A stretch of 36,587 nt of DNA, taken from assembly GCA_012026655.1 (NCBI GenBank), contig JAAILG010005579.1, positions 1 through 36,587 on the forward strand. The letters are read 5' to 3'. This document shows positions 21,786 to 33,735 of this stretch, piece by piece; the first letter of the stretch is position 1, and each line of letters starts with the position of its first letter. A program made the translations under genes and the position numbers. Below the pieces are notes generated by a model that did not search any database, had not been told where the DNA came from, and saw only the letters and a program-made list of their open reading frames with translations. This DNA is from Hydrolagus affinis (Eukaryota).

Positions 21786-22085
21786 TGGAGTCCTGTAGCT
21801 CAGTGGTTAGAGCACTCACCTTACAAGAGTGAGACCTGTGTTCAAATTCAGGCAGGGCGAATCGTTTGCCAAGTTTCCTTACTACACACGCCTAATAATA
21901 ATCCCTCAAAAAAACTATAATAACTTGGTCATTCCAATCCACGACTGTTTGTGGGACACTGCTGTGCGCAATTGGCTTTCACCCACAAATATACAATCAA
22001 TTCACTTTACAGTATATTCTGTGAAACACATTGAGACATCTAAAAGACATGAATGCGCTAGATCAAATGCAAGGATTATTATTAT
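21786..22085 (+). mobile_element. tRNA-derived SINE, full length
   Basis: TGGAGTCCTGTAGCTCAGTGGTTAGAGC head, B-box, core, AAATGCAAGGATTATTATT tail. Confidence 0.9.
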
Positions 22086-23548
22086 GTTTCATTCTATACA
22101 CTGAGTTTCTCAAACAAGCACTTGGTGAAATGCTGCAGATCATTCATTACAATGATCTAGATTCCTCTTTGGCATCTCTGCTGCATATTTTATTATGAAA
22201 GGTAAATTCAATATGTGTTGTTTTCAAAAGGAGTAAAATGAAAATTAGTGCAAGATCTGCCATGATGTTCCCTGGATTAAAACCAACATTTTTGGATAAA
22301 CTCTCAATTTAATACAAAGTGAAAAAAAAATCTGCCTTTGAGGTTGTGCTGAAGCAAAAGATCATAAGATACGGGTGATGCTTACTGCTATGTACCACAA
22401 CAGGAAATAAAAGCAGTTTTGTACATTTCACAAAGCAGAACACAAACGCTGTGCTCGGTTACATTCGAATGTTGCCTAACCACCATAAACTTTAAATTAA
22501 TGAAGATATTGGCGTAAGCAAAAACAGTTAAAAACCCCAGTACAAAATTATACCTAATGCAAACCACCCTAGCAAGAATCAGTATGTACACTAATTAGTA
22601 AAAGCAACCGATTAGCAGCAGCCTTTAAGTTATTAAATGTATAGAAAGGAATTGCTTTCTAAAATTACAGAAATGTTTTGTGGATAATTTGCTTTGAAAC
22701 CACATATCTTTTGTAATTCACAAGGAAGAAAGGGAAATGGTAGAAAAATCTATCTTCGTTACAGTTTCATTTAACAAGTCCAAAATGAGTGGACATATTT
22801 TTATATAAAACTTCTTTATACAAGGAAATAGAGAATGGGAGAGACAATCAGGAATGGAGGCTTATTTATGTAGAGGGTAAACAAATAGTAAGGACGAGTT
22901 GCTGTATTTCCTTGCTGTAACATTCTATGTAATTCTATATATTTTTAAGCGCCACTAGCAGAGAATGAGAAGCAAATCTTTTATCTATCTTTATGGCTAG
23001 AGAATATTGTTTGATAAGTGGTGGGAGTAAAGACAGAGAAATAGAGACATGCTGTATTTAGCTGATATTTTGAAATACAGATGTAATATTTAGATGTCAC
23101 CAGACAAAGTTTTCAGCAGAATTTTCCACTATCTTAATATATGTTATTATCTTATCACAAAGTAAAACTGTAGCATTTCCACTTAAACTAACAGAGACGT
23201 GCAAAACAACCTTTGGGTGCAAATGCAATGCTTCTTAACAGATTCAAAAATGAACCCCATCGTCTACTTAAGGCCGATCATAGTGAGTCAAGCCAGTGTT
23301 CTGTGAAGCAGCACCAAACCTCTGTGGTCAGTAACATTAATGACAGTATGGAAATTCTCTAACCATCTTTTGGACAGCCAGTGGGAGGAGAAAGATCTTT
23401 CAGTCAACATTTAGTCATTAACTGGAAATATATTAACAGATTTCAGATTGTATCTAATCTGTCAAGAACCATCACAATTTTCACGTCTTATTTATGCTAA
23501 GCTGCCTTGATCATTTTTTGTTGAATAATATGTTTTTTTCCCCACCTG

Positions 23549-23598
23549 TTAAAGTACTGGCTTCTCAGCGTCGTCTTTGTTATCCTCCTCATCAGAAG
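23549..23598 (-). CDS. STARD3NL: STARD3NL last coding exon (A)SDEEDNKDDAEKPVL*
   Basis: Acceptor TTAATCTTCTAG, phase 1; resembles human GSEEAEEKQDSEKPLLEL; TAA at 23551-23549, then a donor CAG|GTGGGG 3 nt later (exon boundary 23546). Confidence 0.88.
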
Positions 23599-24122
23599 CT
23601 AGAAGATTAAAAATACAAAATTTAAAGGTCAACTTCCTGATTACAATAAATTGTTGCTGAAATTTATTACAGTACAGTTTGTGCTATAAACTATTTATTT
23701 CCCCAAAATGTTCCGGTTTTCACGCTTTACATAAAACCCAATTCACCACTGAAAGTCAAATAACCAATAAGTGACTTTCCTCCTTGGAGATAAACTGGGT
23801 CTCCCTGGTGATGAGCTGGCTTCAAGATGACATGGATTGAAATAGAATGCAGAAATGAAGTCAACCCTTTGTGGTAGTCTCAGTGGTCAAGCTCCTGAAC
23901 CAAATAGGTTCATATTAATTCAGAGCATCTGTTGATGACAAGACAAGCAAGACTGCAGGACTTCAGCTGACCAAAAAAAATTCATATGCAAGCCATAAAT
24001 AACGTGTTACTTCCTCACCTCAGACCTCAGCAACCTGTGCCTTATATTCTCCAGTAGGGTCCGTCGATGTGGAAATTTTCCAATATCAATATATCGGTGG
24101 GCTCATATTGATATATACCGAT

Positions 24123-24791
24123 TAGGGCCCGTCGATATATCTATATAACGGTTATATCCAATATAATTTTCATATCGTTATGCCGATATCGGAATTTTAA
24201 ATATATCGATATATCGAAAAATTCGATATAAAAAATATATCGGTACCTTGTCGCCGGCATTGCAACCTTCTGGGCCTAGAGCATNNNNNNNNNNNNNNNN
24301 NNNNNNNNNNNNNNNNNNNNNNNNNNNNNNNNNNNNNNNNNNNNNNNNNNNNNNNNNNNNNNNNNNNNNNNNNNNNNNNNNNNNAGAGGGGGAGACCGGG
24401 GGGAGGGGGGAGAGAGAGAGGGGGAGACCGGGGGGGTCGGGGGGGGGGGAGAGAGAGGGAGGGGGAGACCGGGGGTGGGGAGGAGAGTGGGAGGGGGTGA
24501 CCGAGGGGGGGAGGGGAGAGGGAGGGAGGGGGAGACCGGGTGGAGAGGGGAGAGGAGAGGAGAGAGAGGGAGAGAGTGAGTGTGAGAGACACACAGAGAG
24601 AGAGATATTTACCTCCTGAGGGAATAGGCCCCGAATGCGCGCGCACTTCCGAATGCGGGCGCACCTCCGAATGCGGGCGCACCTCCGAATGCGAGCGCAT
24701 GCGCAGTACAAAAAACCCGATATATCGGTATATATCGATATGAGCCCATCGATATATCTAAATCGGAAAATTTCCATATCGACGGACCCTA
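24123..24791. mobile_element. Same-family hAT-type element nested in opposite orientation (inner copy; spans the N gap)
   Basis: TAGGGCCCG...CGGACCCTA termini; perfect 8-bp TSD ATACCGAT (24115-24122 / 24792-24799). Confidence 0.72.
24285..24384. other. Assembly gap (100 N)
   Basis: Run of N followed by G-rich low-complexity sequence. Confidence 1.
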
Positions 24792-26099
24792 ATACCGATA
24801 TATCGATATTTCTGGTTTTTTTTTATACTGCGCATGCGCGCGCATTCGGGGAGGGGGGGGGTGCGTGCGCATTCGTGGTGGGGTGGGGTGTGCGAGCATT
24901 CGGGAGGGGTTCGTGCACATTCGGGGGGGGGCATGCGCATTCGGGGGGCAGGGGGGGGGCATTCCAGTGTGCGTGCGCATTTGGGGGTGCACGAGCACAT
25001 TCCGTGCTCTAGGCACAGGAGGTTGCAATGCTGCCTACTAGGTAAGCTGGAAAAGATCGCATTATACCGATAATACCAATAATACCGATATATCGCCGTA
25101 AATGATATACCGATATTTATGATATACCGATATATTTTTTCATATCAAATTTTTTGATATATCGATATTTTTAAATTCCAATATCGGCATATTGATATAA
25201 AAAATTATATCGATATAACCGATATATCGCCGGACCCTACTCTCCAGAATGAGGTAAGCAGGGAGTGCCCTACAGGAAACGAGTCTTCATTCCATACCAG
25301 ATGTTATGAAATTTCTATGTGTAGATGGCAAACATAGGTGATACTCTCATTCACGGAGATTGTTTTTGCATGTATCAGACACTTGGCTGATCAAAAAATG
25401 GTTCACTTCGAAGTCCAAAAAGTATCAACAGTTTGAGTTTCCCCTTTCATATCCACCACCCGAACAATCAGAGAATTATAACCAGGTCCTCCAGAAGTTG
25501 CAAAGTTTTGCTATTCAACTCTCCAAACATGATATGAAAAAACAGTTTCTCACTTCATAATGGCAACAATATCTTGTATTAACTGTTGAGGGCAAGTGAA
25601 TTTCTTCTGATTTTTTTCCTTCTAGATTTAGATTCCACATTTTACAGCTTTTTGTTAGAAAAAAAGTGGATAGTATTTATGTCACAAACATATGTAAAGA
25701 TGGTATTTTTAAAAATGACTTACTTATAAGTCTAAATACTTCACCATCATGATAAACTTAATCTGTGTGGTTTTATTTTAAGTCTGTCAACAAGTCATAT
25801 ATGTACAGATCCAGGGATGACGCATGAGGTTATTTTTGTAGACACATTAACTGTGTCAGGTAAGCAATGGTTTCCACAACAGGCAGCACTAGCAAACTCT
25901 GCTGAAATGAGTTCCGCTGGTGCCAGCTGCTGTGGAGTTCCCTTTCCAGAAGAAATGAAATATAAAATATTTATTGAGATTTTACATGTTTGAAGACAGC
26001 TATATTCAATCATGGTTTGCGCAGCAACTCTTCCTCTTAAAAGCCTCAGCTCTCTTTTAAATCTTTCATCCAGTCCTCAAGCAAGTTTATTTTCCTCCA

Positions 26100-26710
26100 G
26101 CTTTGCAATGTTACCTGACTTTATCCCTCCCTGATCTTCACGGCAGCCCAAATTCTCATTTACAACTTAATCGCATCTAGACTTGATTTTTTCTAATGCT
26201 CTTCTAATCAGTTTTTTTGAGCTAAACTCTCCAAATGTTCCAGTTTACATAATAATAATCCTTGCATTTGATATAATGCTTTTCACATCCTATCTACGTC
26301 TCAAAGCGCTTCACAGAATATAACTGTAAATTGAATTGACTAGCACACTACACAGCTCCAGTTAATCCAGAACACAAGCTCATCATCTCCATTCCACACA
26401 GGCTTCATTCACTTTCTATTCTCCAGCCAATCAATTTCAAGATGCTCGTTCTACGTTTCAAATACTTCATTTATTTGCCTCATCCTCCCTCTGTGATCAG
26501 TCCCACTCCCTCGCACTCTCTCTGAAGTGCTCTCTAGAACTCCTAATTCACCCTGCGCCTCACCATTACGACCATTCTTTTCAACTGCACTTTTGGTCAT
26601 TTCCCCCTCGCCCACCACCCCACTCAGCTCTCCCTCCCCAAAGCTCTGTGTGAAATACTGAGACAACTTTCTGATGGGAAATGTGCTGTATGAATGTAAA
26701 TTGTTCTTAT
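26100..26710 (+). mobile_element. L2-type LINE 3' fragment interrupted by a - strand SINE tail (about 26250-26340)
   Basis: SRLDFSNALL remnant and L2-type tail ending GAATGTAAATTGTT. Confidence 0.55.
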
Positions 26711-28479
26711 CCTATGTGAACAGTGGTACTAAGATAGCAAGTTATGTTTTGCAAATACTATTTTATTCAAAGAATACATGAATGGTAAAGAAATAGGACT
26801 GCTATCTATTTGAAAATATAGTAGACAAAATATGTTTCAAGAGCAAACATTACATTGTGCCTTTTCAGTAGGTATTGAGCAGCAACAACAAAGTTACATT
26901 TATAGAGCGCCTTTCACATCGGGAGGACGTCCCAAAGTGCTAAACAGTTAGGTTGGGAGTTAGCAAGGACTGATCCAGAAAGTATGTACACATTTTGGAA
27001 TGCAAATCTGCAACTAATCGCACGAAAATAGCTAAATACAAGAAGGTATAGTCCAATAAGCCAAAATAATGGATTCATTTTCTGGGGAAACAGAGGGGGA
27101 GGCGGGGGACTTTTTCTTCCTTGTGCATTGCATAACTGAAGCCACCACAGAACTGACAGTTGAGATATTGTATCATGTTTCCCACAAATAGACGAGTCTT
27201 CTGGTGTTTTAACTCGGTAGAAATAAACTGTACTCTACCGCAGCCCAAATTGGGAAGCTACTAAGATATTCTCAGAGCACAGGACTACATAGGTTCGTAA
27301 TTCAGCTGCACTGAAAGATAATACAGTATTGCCTAGAACAGTTCTAAGAATCTATTCTGCAGATGTTCGCCTGACCTAATGAGCAAAGATCAAATAAACT
27401 GACGGGCTGGTTTGGGAATAAGCCCAATATTTCTGAGAACACAGATCACTTAGGGTGCATTGTTTACTGGTTTTTAAACTCGTTTTGGTTAAAAAAAACA
27501 TTTTAAAGAATAAAGTCATAGGTCTTTACTGTCTTAGCGTGTGTATACTATATTCAATACAAACACTATATGCAAAATATAACAAAAACACAAAAATGTG
27601 TTGAGTGTATTTGGTGAGATTATGACTGATTAAATTTCTCAGCATGGAAACTATACTTCACATTAAATCCTTTGAGGCACTTTGAGACATTCTCTCAAAG
27701 TGAAAGGTGCGGTAGCAAATATTATTGTTACCATTTATTTACAAATAACAAGATGATAGGTTTTGATGCAAATGAGCTCTGACAGGTGCAATTCCTTTGA
27801 CAAATGTCACAACAGCTTTTCAAGCTCTTCTCCCTTCCCACACAGTGCTTCTCCAAAGTTCCTTCATGCCATAAATGTATAATTTTTCTGTCATACGAAG
27901 TGAAACAATAATTTCTCGCGTGGAAGAAAAGTATCCTGCACACCAATGAAATTGAACTACTACTGTACTTTGAATTGACCTAACAAATTTTTTTTACCAG
28001 CATTACCCAGGGCAAGTGACATTAAAGTATCCACTGGCTCTTCCTACTGCCATCCAGTATAAAATGTGAGAGTATAGATCACTGCGGTAACTTTTTCCCC
28101 CCTCATCATTCACTCACCCAAGCCTTTCAGATGCAAACAATAATGTTTTGTAAAGATATGAGCACAAGCCGAGGTGACAGGTTCACAATGTCAACCAACA
28201 TCCTGCACCAATGACCGAGCCCTCTCAAGACAATTAGTAGACCTATTGCTGCCAAACAACTTGAGCCATTACAATAGACATCCTAAGGCTAAACAAAAGG
28301 TAAAACAAATTGCCACTGATATATGAATTCATCTTTTACACTGTGTAGAAGATGGAACTGGAGCACCAGGAGTCAACAATATATCAATCAGCCGATATCA
28401 GTCATATCCTTTTCTATGGTCGATCCAACAATCTGGTCACTTCAGGAGTATGGAGAATGAAGAGGAATCTATTCTCGGT

Positions 28480-29660
28480 CTTAACAAGAAATAGGGTTTT
28501 GAACACGAGTGTGAGGATCTTGAAGTTGATCCTTTTGGTGATGGGGAGCTAGTGAAGCCTGGTGAGATGGGAGTACAGTTTGGTCCATGTATGTATGTGG
28601 GCAGCAGAGTTTTGAACGAGCTGGATTTTTTTTTTTTTTTTTTTTAAATTGTGGAGTTGGGATACTGGGAAGGAGTACTTTTGAGGAGGTGACAAATGCA
28701 TGCACAAGGGTTTCAGCTGCGTTTGTGGTAAGGTATAGTCGGAGGTGGGCATTGTGGCAGAGGGAGGCAGTCCTGATCAGGGACCGGATGTGGGGAAGGA
28801 AAGTCAGCTCGGGTTTAAACCAGACACCGAGATTAACAATAATCCTTGTATTTGATGTAGTGTTTTTCACATCTCCAAGATATCTCAAAGTGCTTCACAG
28901 AATATATTGTAAAGTGAATTGACGCAGCAGCCAATTGCATACAGCAGTATCCCACAAACAGTTGTGGATTGAAGTGACCAATTTACTATTTTTTTTGAGG
29001 GATTATTATTAGGCATGTGGAGTAAGGAAATTTGCCCAAAGTTTCGCCCTGCCTGGAATCTGCTCTAACTACTGAGCTATCGGATTCCACGATTGCACAC
29101 TGGCTCAGTGAGTTTTAGGGAGAGCCCAGGAAGGTTGAGTTCAGATCCGCAGAAGTAACTACATTGATGGGAGCCAAGAAGTAGAGCTTCTGTCTTGTCC
29201 ACATTCAGCTGCAGAAAATTTGCACTCATCCAGGCCCTGATCAGCTATCAGCTAGACAAGCTGATAGAACATTGGCAGACTTGGAGTCACAGCTGAAAGA
29301 GGCAGAATAAAGTTGTGTGCAGATGACATCACCAAGAGGGAGCATATAGATGAGGAAAAGAAAGAGGCCAGGGATGGAGCTCCAGAGTACTCCGCAGGTG
29401 ACTGGGTGCAGATGGGAGGAGAAACCTTTTGCATAGACTGGTTGACTGTGTCGGCCAGCAGGGGAGAGAAAGGGGATTTGAGTAACTAGCTGCTGGGTGG
29501 GGAGTCGGTCGCCGCAGCGGGTGGTGAACTTCATGCGGGTGATTGTAGTTGAGAGGGAGAAATGGGGACAAAGGAGTACAAGGAGTGGGGAGTGGCTGGA
29601 GCTGTGGATGGTCTGGGTGGGGTGGAAGAGGACCTGAGGGTGGGGAGCAATGCTGTCAAG
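28480..29660 (-). mobile_element. L2-type LINE RT fragment interrupted by a SINE
   Basis: Minus-strand GVLWSSIPGLFLFLIYMLPLGDVI (decayed GVPQGS.LGP.LF) and LTTNAAETLVHAFVTS motifs. Confidence 0.75.
28835..29089 (-). mobile_element. SINE with internal deletions, inserted in the L2 fragment
   Basis: Tail, core and partial head on the - strand. Confidence 0.82.
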
Positions 29661-29919
29661 CGGATGTTTTAAATCTTTGACATGAAGTCTAGAACCTGTT
29701 TGCACAGTCTTCTAACTATTGATCAAATATCTTGGTAGTAACTAACATAACCATCTTTAAAGTACTGTATAGTATTATAATTCTTGTATATGCTTCACAT
29801 TATTTGCACGTCTTTCCCACAATTATATTAGACAACGCTGAAAATATTAATACAAGACACATAGTAAATCAACCACCCACTGATCTCATTATACAATTTA
29901 AATAATTTCTATATACTGA

Positions 29920-29950
<31 letters not shown>

Positions 29951-29966
29951 CATACACACACACACA

Positions 29967-30485
29967 CAGTAAAAGCCTGTTTATCCATGACTTGATCAAC
30001 CGGAACTTCCATATAACTGGTACGTCAAAAAAAAGTCCCCATCCGATTAACCAGATGTTATCCGGCACAATCATTGTGGCGCATTTAATGAATCAATTGT
30101 CACATAAGAGTACTGTACAGGTATTTTGGCTTGCCGCTAGTAGAGCCTTAAAGTCATGCTGCCTTTTTTTCCCCTTGCGTGGCATCCGCCATTGCAGAAG
30201 TTATTGATAGATTGTATACCTCTACCCCAGCATCATGGCTTCAAACTAGGCATCTACCAGCAAAGATGATTTTTGGGAGAATTTTTAGATGAATAACAAA
30301 GGTCTGTTATTATTTAGTCTATTATTAATATGGTAAGTGTTAAAATAAGTTCTTTTTTTTGTGTTGGGTTTTCGTCGTCGGATCCGACCGAATATCCGGC
30401 ATGCCATTTAACTGGCATTGGCCAGGTCCCGCTGGTGCTGGATAAACAGGCTTTTACTGTGTGCTGGATAAACAGGCTTTTACTG
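29967..30485. mobile_element. Tigger/pogo-like MITE with a duplicated right TIR
   Basis: Left TIR CAGTAAAAGCCTGTTTATCCA 29967-29987; inverted copies at 30439-30459 and 30465-30485, the latter followed by TA. Confidence 0.75.
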
Positions 30486-30700
30486 TATGTATGCATGCAG
30501 GCATGCAGGCAGGCAGGCAGGTAGGCAGGCAGATACACACACACAAAAACAACTTTGATTTATATAGTGACCTCCATGCCGGACGATATCTCATATATAC
30601 ATAAAAATAACACACACCAAATCAAATTAGTACTACTTTATGTCCACGTATATGAAAGATTTAGCTGACCATTCACATATTTCCTTATAGGAGTACTAAC

Positions 30701-30799
30701 CAGAAGCAGATTCAGGAGGAGAATAAAATTGGCCATCAGAGAGGGCTCCAGGCTGGATAAGTGGTGCATGCTCAGATGGAGCATGTATTGAAAACACTC
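30701..30799 (-). CDS. STARD3NL: STARD3NL exon (R)VFSIHAPSEHAPLIQPGALSDGQFYSPPESAS
   Basis: AG/GT boundaries, 99 bp, phase 1-1; SDGQFYSPPES FFAT motif region. Confidence 0.94.
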
Positions 30800-31349
30800 C
30801 TGAAACAAAGGAGAGAAGATTTTTTTTTAAGAGCACTAACTGACAAATGTCAATCTGTTATATCAATTCACAGATTATATTCCAGGAGAACAATGACTCA
30901 CTTAGCTATGAATGACCAGTAATAATGAAGCGCTTTGAGACGTTGATAAGATGTGGAAAGCGCTATATCAAATGCAAGGATTATTATTATTATTATTATA
31001 ATTGCAGCTTCACTAGTAACAGAAGGTAATTTATTGAATCAAATTTATAGTGCAACAACAAAACAAATTGAAGCTTACGCATGCTCCAAGGAAGTATTCA
31101 TTCTCTGTCCCTCTGAATGGTAATATAATTCATAAAGTGCAGCGTAAACCTGTCTTTATTTTCAAATTAAAAATTTTTAAATAGCATGATTACGCTTAAC
31201 AAGACCTGTGCAGGTAATAATCCTTGACTGACCAGCTCAACTATGAGTTATACTGACAAGTAGCTGGCTGGTACTACACCAGTGAAGAGGGATTCCTTAT
31301 TTTACTATTTTATTGTTGATTTCTTATTAACAATATTTACTATGGATTA

Positions 31350-31455
31350 CCTACAACATACAGTCAATTCACTTTAAAGTATATTCTGTGAAGCACTTTG
31401 AGATGTTTCGAAGATGTGATAAAGGTCTATATCTAATGTAAGTAATATTGTTATA
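31350..31455 (+). mobile_element. SINE tail fragment
   Basis: CAGTCAATTCACTTTAAAGTATATTCTGTGAAGCACTTTGAGA. Confidence 0.7.
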
Positions 31456-31759
31456 TTATGGCTAGAAAGAAATTAGGAAATCATTTGACTTACAGAACAA
31501 CAACAACAAAATTACATTTATAGAGCGCCGTTCACTTCGGGAGGACATCCCAAGGCACTGGTCCTGATTATGGACGTAAAATATTCCACTGCACTATTCA
31601 AACACAAGAAACACTGCATGGCAATTCAGTGACATTGCATGGCAATTTGGGGAGAACTTGCAAGCATAAATGCACATTTTCTCGTGAAACACCACATAAA
31701 GGCACATAAAACGTCACTGGACCGGACATCTTTGCACTGGAGTAAATATCTTGTACAGA

Positions 31760-32130
31760 AAGTGGTGAAAAAGAAGGAGCAAAGATGGGAGGCGCCAATT
31801 GATTCTAGCACCTTGGAGTGGAAAGGTAGATTGGAAATGGGCTGGTAACTGGAGAGAATGGAGAGGTCCAATGAGGGCATTTTGTAGAGGGGACTGATGT
31901 CAGCACTATGAAAGAGGACTGGCACTGTGCCAGTGATGAGGGAGCAGTTAATGATGTTGACTAGCAGACAGAGGAGGAGTTGGGTGGACAGAATTGATAG
32001 ATTACCAAGAGGAATTAGGCACACCCACTTAATTTGTGACCTTAGTCAACCACCTCTTATCACATTTAGATTCACAGGTTAGGATGCAGGAAGCAATGGA
32101 AAGATTTGCAGGGGAGGTGATTGGTGCTGG
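31760..32130 (-). mobile_element. L2-type LINE RT fragment
   Basis: PSLD...LSSYQPISNLPFHSKVLE motif in the - strand ORF 31626-32024. Confidence 0.7.
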
Positions 32131-33299
32131 ATGAGAGTACCTTGTGTTATCTTTGATATCCTGCATAACTGGGGAGTGGAAAGCTAATTTAACTGAGGCT
32201 TCACAATGGATTTGATCTATTATTTAAAATAGCAGGTGTGTGTGCAATGCTGTGGAGGCCATGAATTGCATAGGGCATCCATACTGTGATATCAGAGTTT
32301 TATCATCAGTGTAATATTCACAGGCAATGTGTTTTTATAGTTCCAACTGAACTTTATCACATAAAAAAAGTTGTATCTGTAAATATATCACAAGACTAAC
32401 TAATATATATTTCAAAGGAGCTACCGTGTTTAATTGTAGAGCATTAAAATATTAAATCAAACTTATGCAGCAATAACAAAATCAAGTTGAAGCTTACACA
32501 TGATCTATGGAAGTATTCATTCTCTGTCCCTCAGAGTGCTAATGTAATTCATAAAGTGGAATGTAAACTTATTTATTTTAACCAAGTTTAAACAATGAAA
32601 TTAGCATGTGTTTACTGTAACAAGCCATGTGACCGGTTCCACCAAAGTGTAACCGCTGATTGATTTTGACAAATTGTGCTTGGATGATCTGCATGATCTC
32701 ATGATATTTAGGCTATTTCCATGCAATTTAACAGACAATATTAGAAGGTGAAATACCACAGTGCTTTCTATTGTCAATTTACACTATTATTTCTCTCCAA
32801 AGAACATAGGTTTCACAAAAGGACTTAAAACTGGTTTGTTTTATAAAAATATAGAATATAGATCTCAAACCAATCACGGATTACAACAATAACAACACAA
32901 AATATAATACAAAATTGTTTGTATAGAGCCTTTCATGTCAGGGGGACAACAAACAGCAAAGCTACACATCGTCAATACTTTGAGATTTATTAATCTATGT
33001 TTAAGAAATGTACTGTACAAGGGCAAAAGAACAAAATAGAAACAACTTGCTCAGAGGAATAAATCTGAATTTCAGTTCAGCATTCTAACTCTGATGACTC
33101 ATTTCATTTTAGTCATACATCTTACTTGAACCCAAATTTGTGCAGACTCATCCACTGGAGACAATTATTTTATTCCCACTTCCTCATAGTTTGTGCAAAA
33201 ATTATACATCTTACAGAAAAGGCTGACTTCATTTTGAACACTGGTGCTGAACAATCAGGTCTCAGGACCCGAATATGGGAGGGGGGTGGTGGGAGACAG

Positions 33300-33735
33300 A
33301 TACTGGTTGGGCCTCAGTTAGAATATTGTGCTCAGTTCTGGGCACCATACTTTCGGAAGGATGTCAAAGCATTGGAGAGTGCATAAAGGAGATTTACCAA
33401 GATAGTAAATCAGGAATGAGGGATTTCAGTTTTAAGGAGAGAACACTATAGGATTATTCTCATTGGAACAGAGAAGGTTAAGAGCAGACTTCATAGAAGT
33501 TTTCAACATTATGAGTGAATTCGATGGGGTGAACAAGGAGAAACTATTTCCACTGGCAGGTGGGTCGGTAACCTGAGGTCACTGATCTAAAATAGTTGTT
33601 AAAAGAGGGGAGGTAGAGAATTAATCCTCCCCCACCGCTCTCACACATAAGTTGTTCAGATCTGGAATGCATTGCCTGAAAGAGTGATGGAAGCCGATTC
33701 GATAACACCTTTTAGAGATGTAGATAATTATTTGG
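33300..33735 (+). mobile_element. CR1 LINE ORF2 3' fragment
   Basis: PQLEYCAQFWAPYFRKDVKALE motif and downstream WNALP remnant. Confidence 0.85.

Larger units (their letters stand above)
24055..25239. mobile_element. Non-autonomous hAT-type DNA transposon (outer copy)
   Basis: TAGGGTCCG...CGGACCCTA termini; 8-bp TSD TTCTCCAG (24047-24054) / CTCTCCAG (25240-25247); subterminal CGATAT/ATATCG repeats. Confidence 0.8.

Noticed and set aside
21786-21860. tRNA-like cloverleaf heads (also at 5271 and 2400-2465)
   Set aside because: They continue into the common SINE body and lack a paired acceptor stem; SINE heads, not tRNA genes
22388-22591. Hydrophobic - strand ORF superficially like a STARD3NL TM exon
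   Set aside because: Lies downstream of the STARD3NL stop, lacks the HWW motif and has no matching splice sites
24178-25073. Cluster of long Pro/Gly/Arg-rich ORFs on both strands
   Set aside because: Low-complexity MITE internal repeats and an N gap; not a gene
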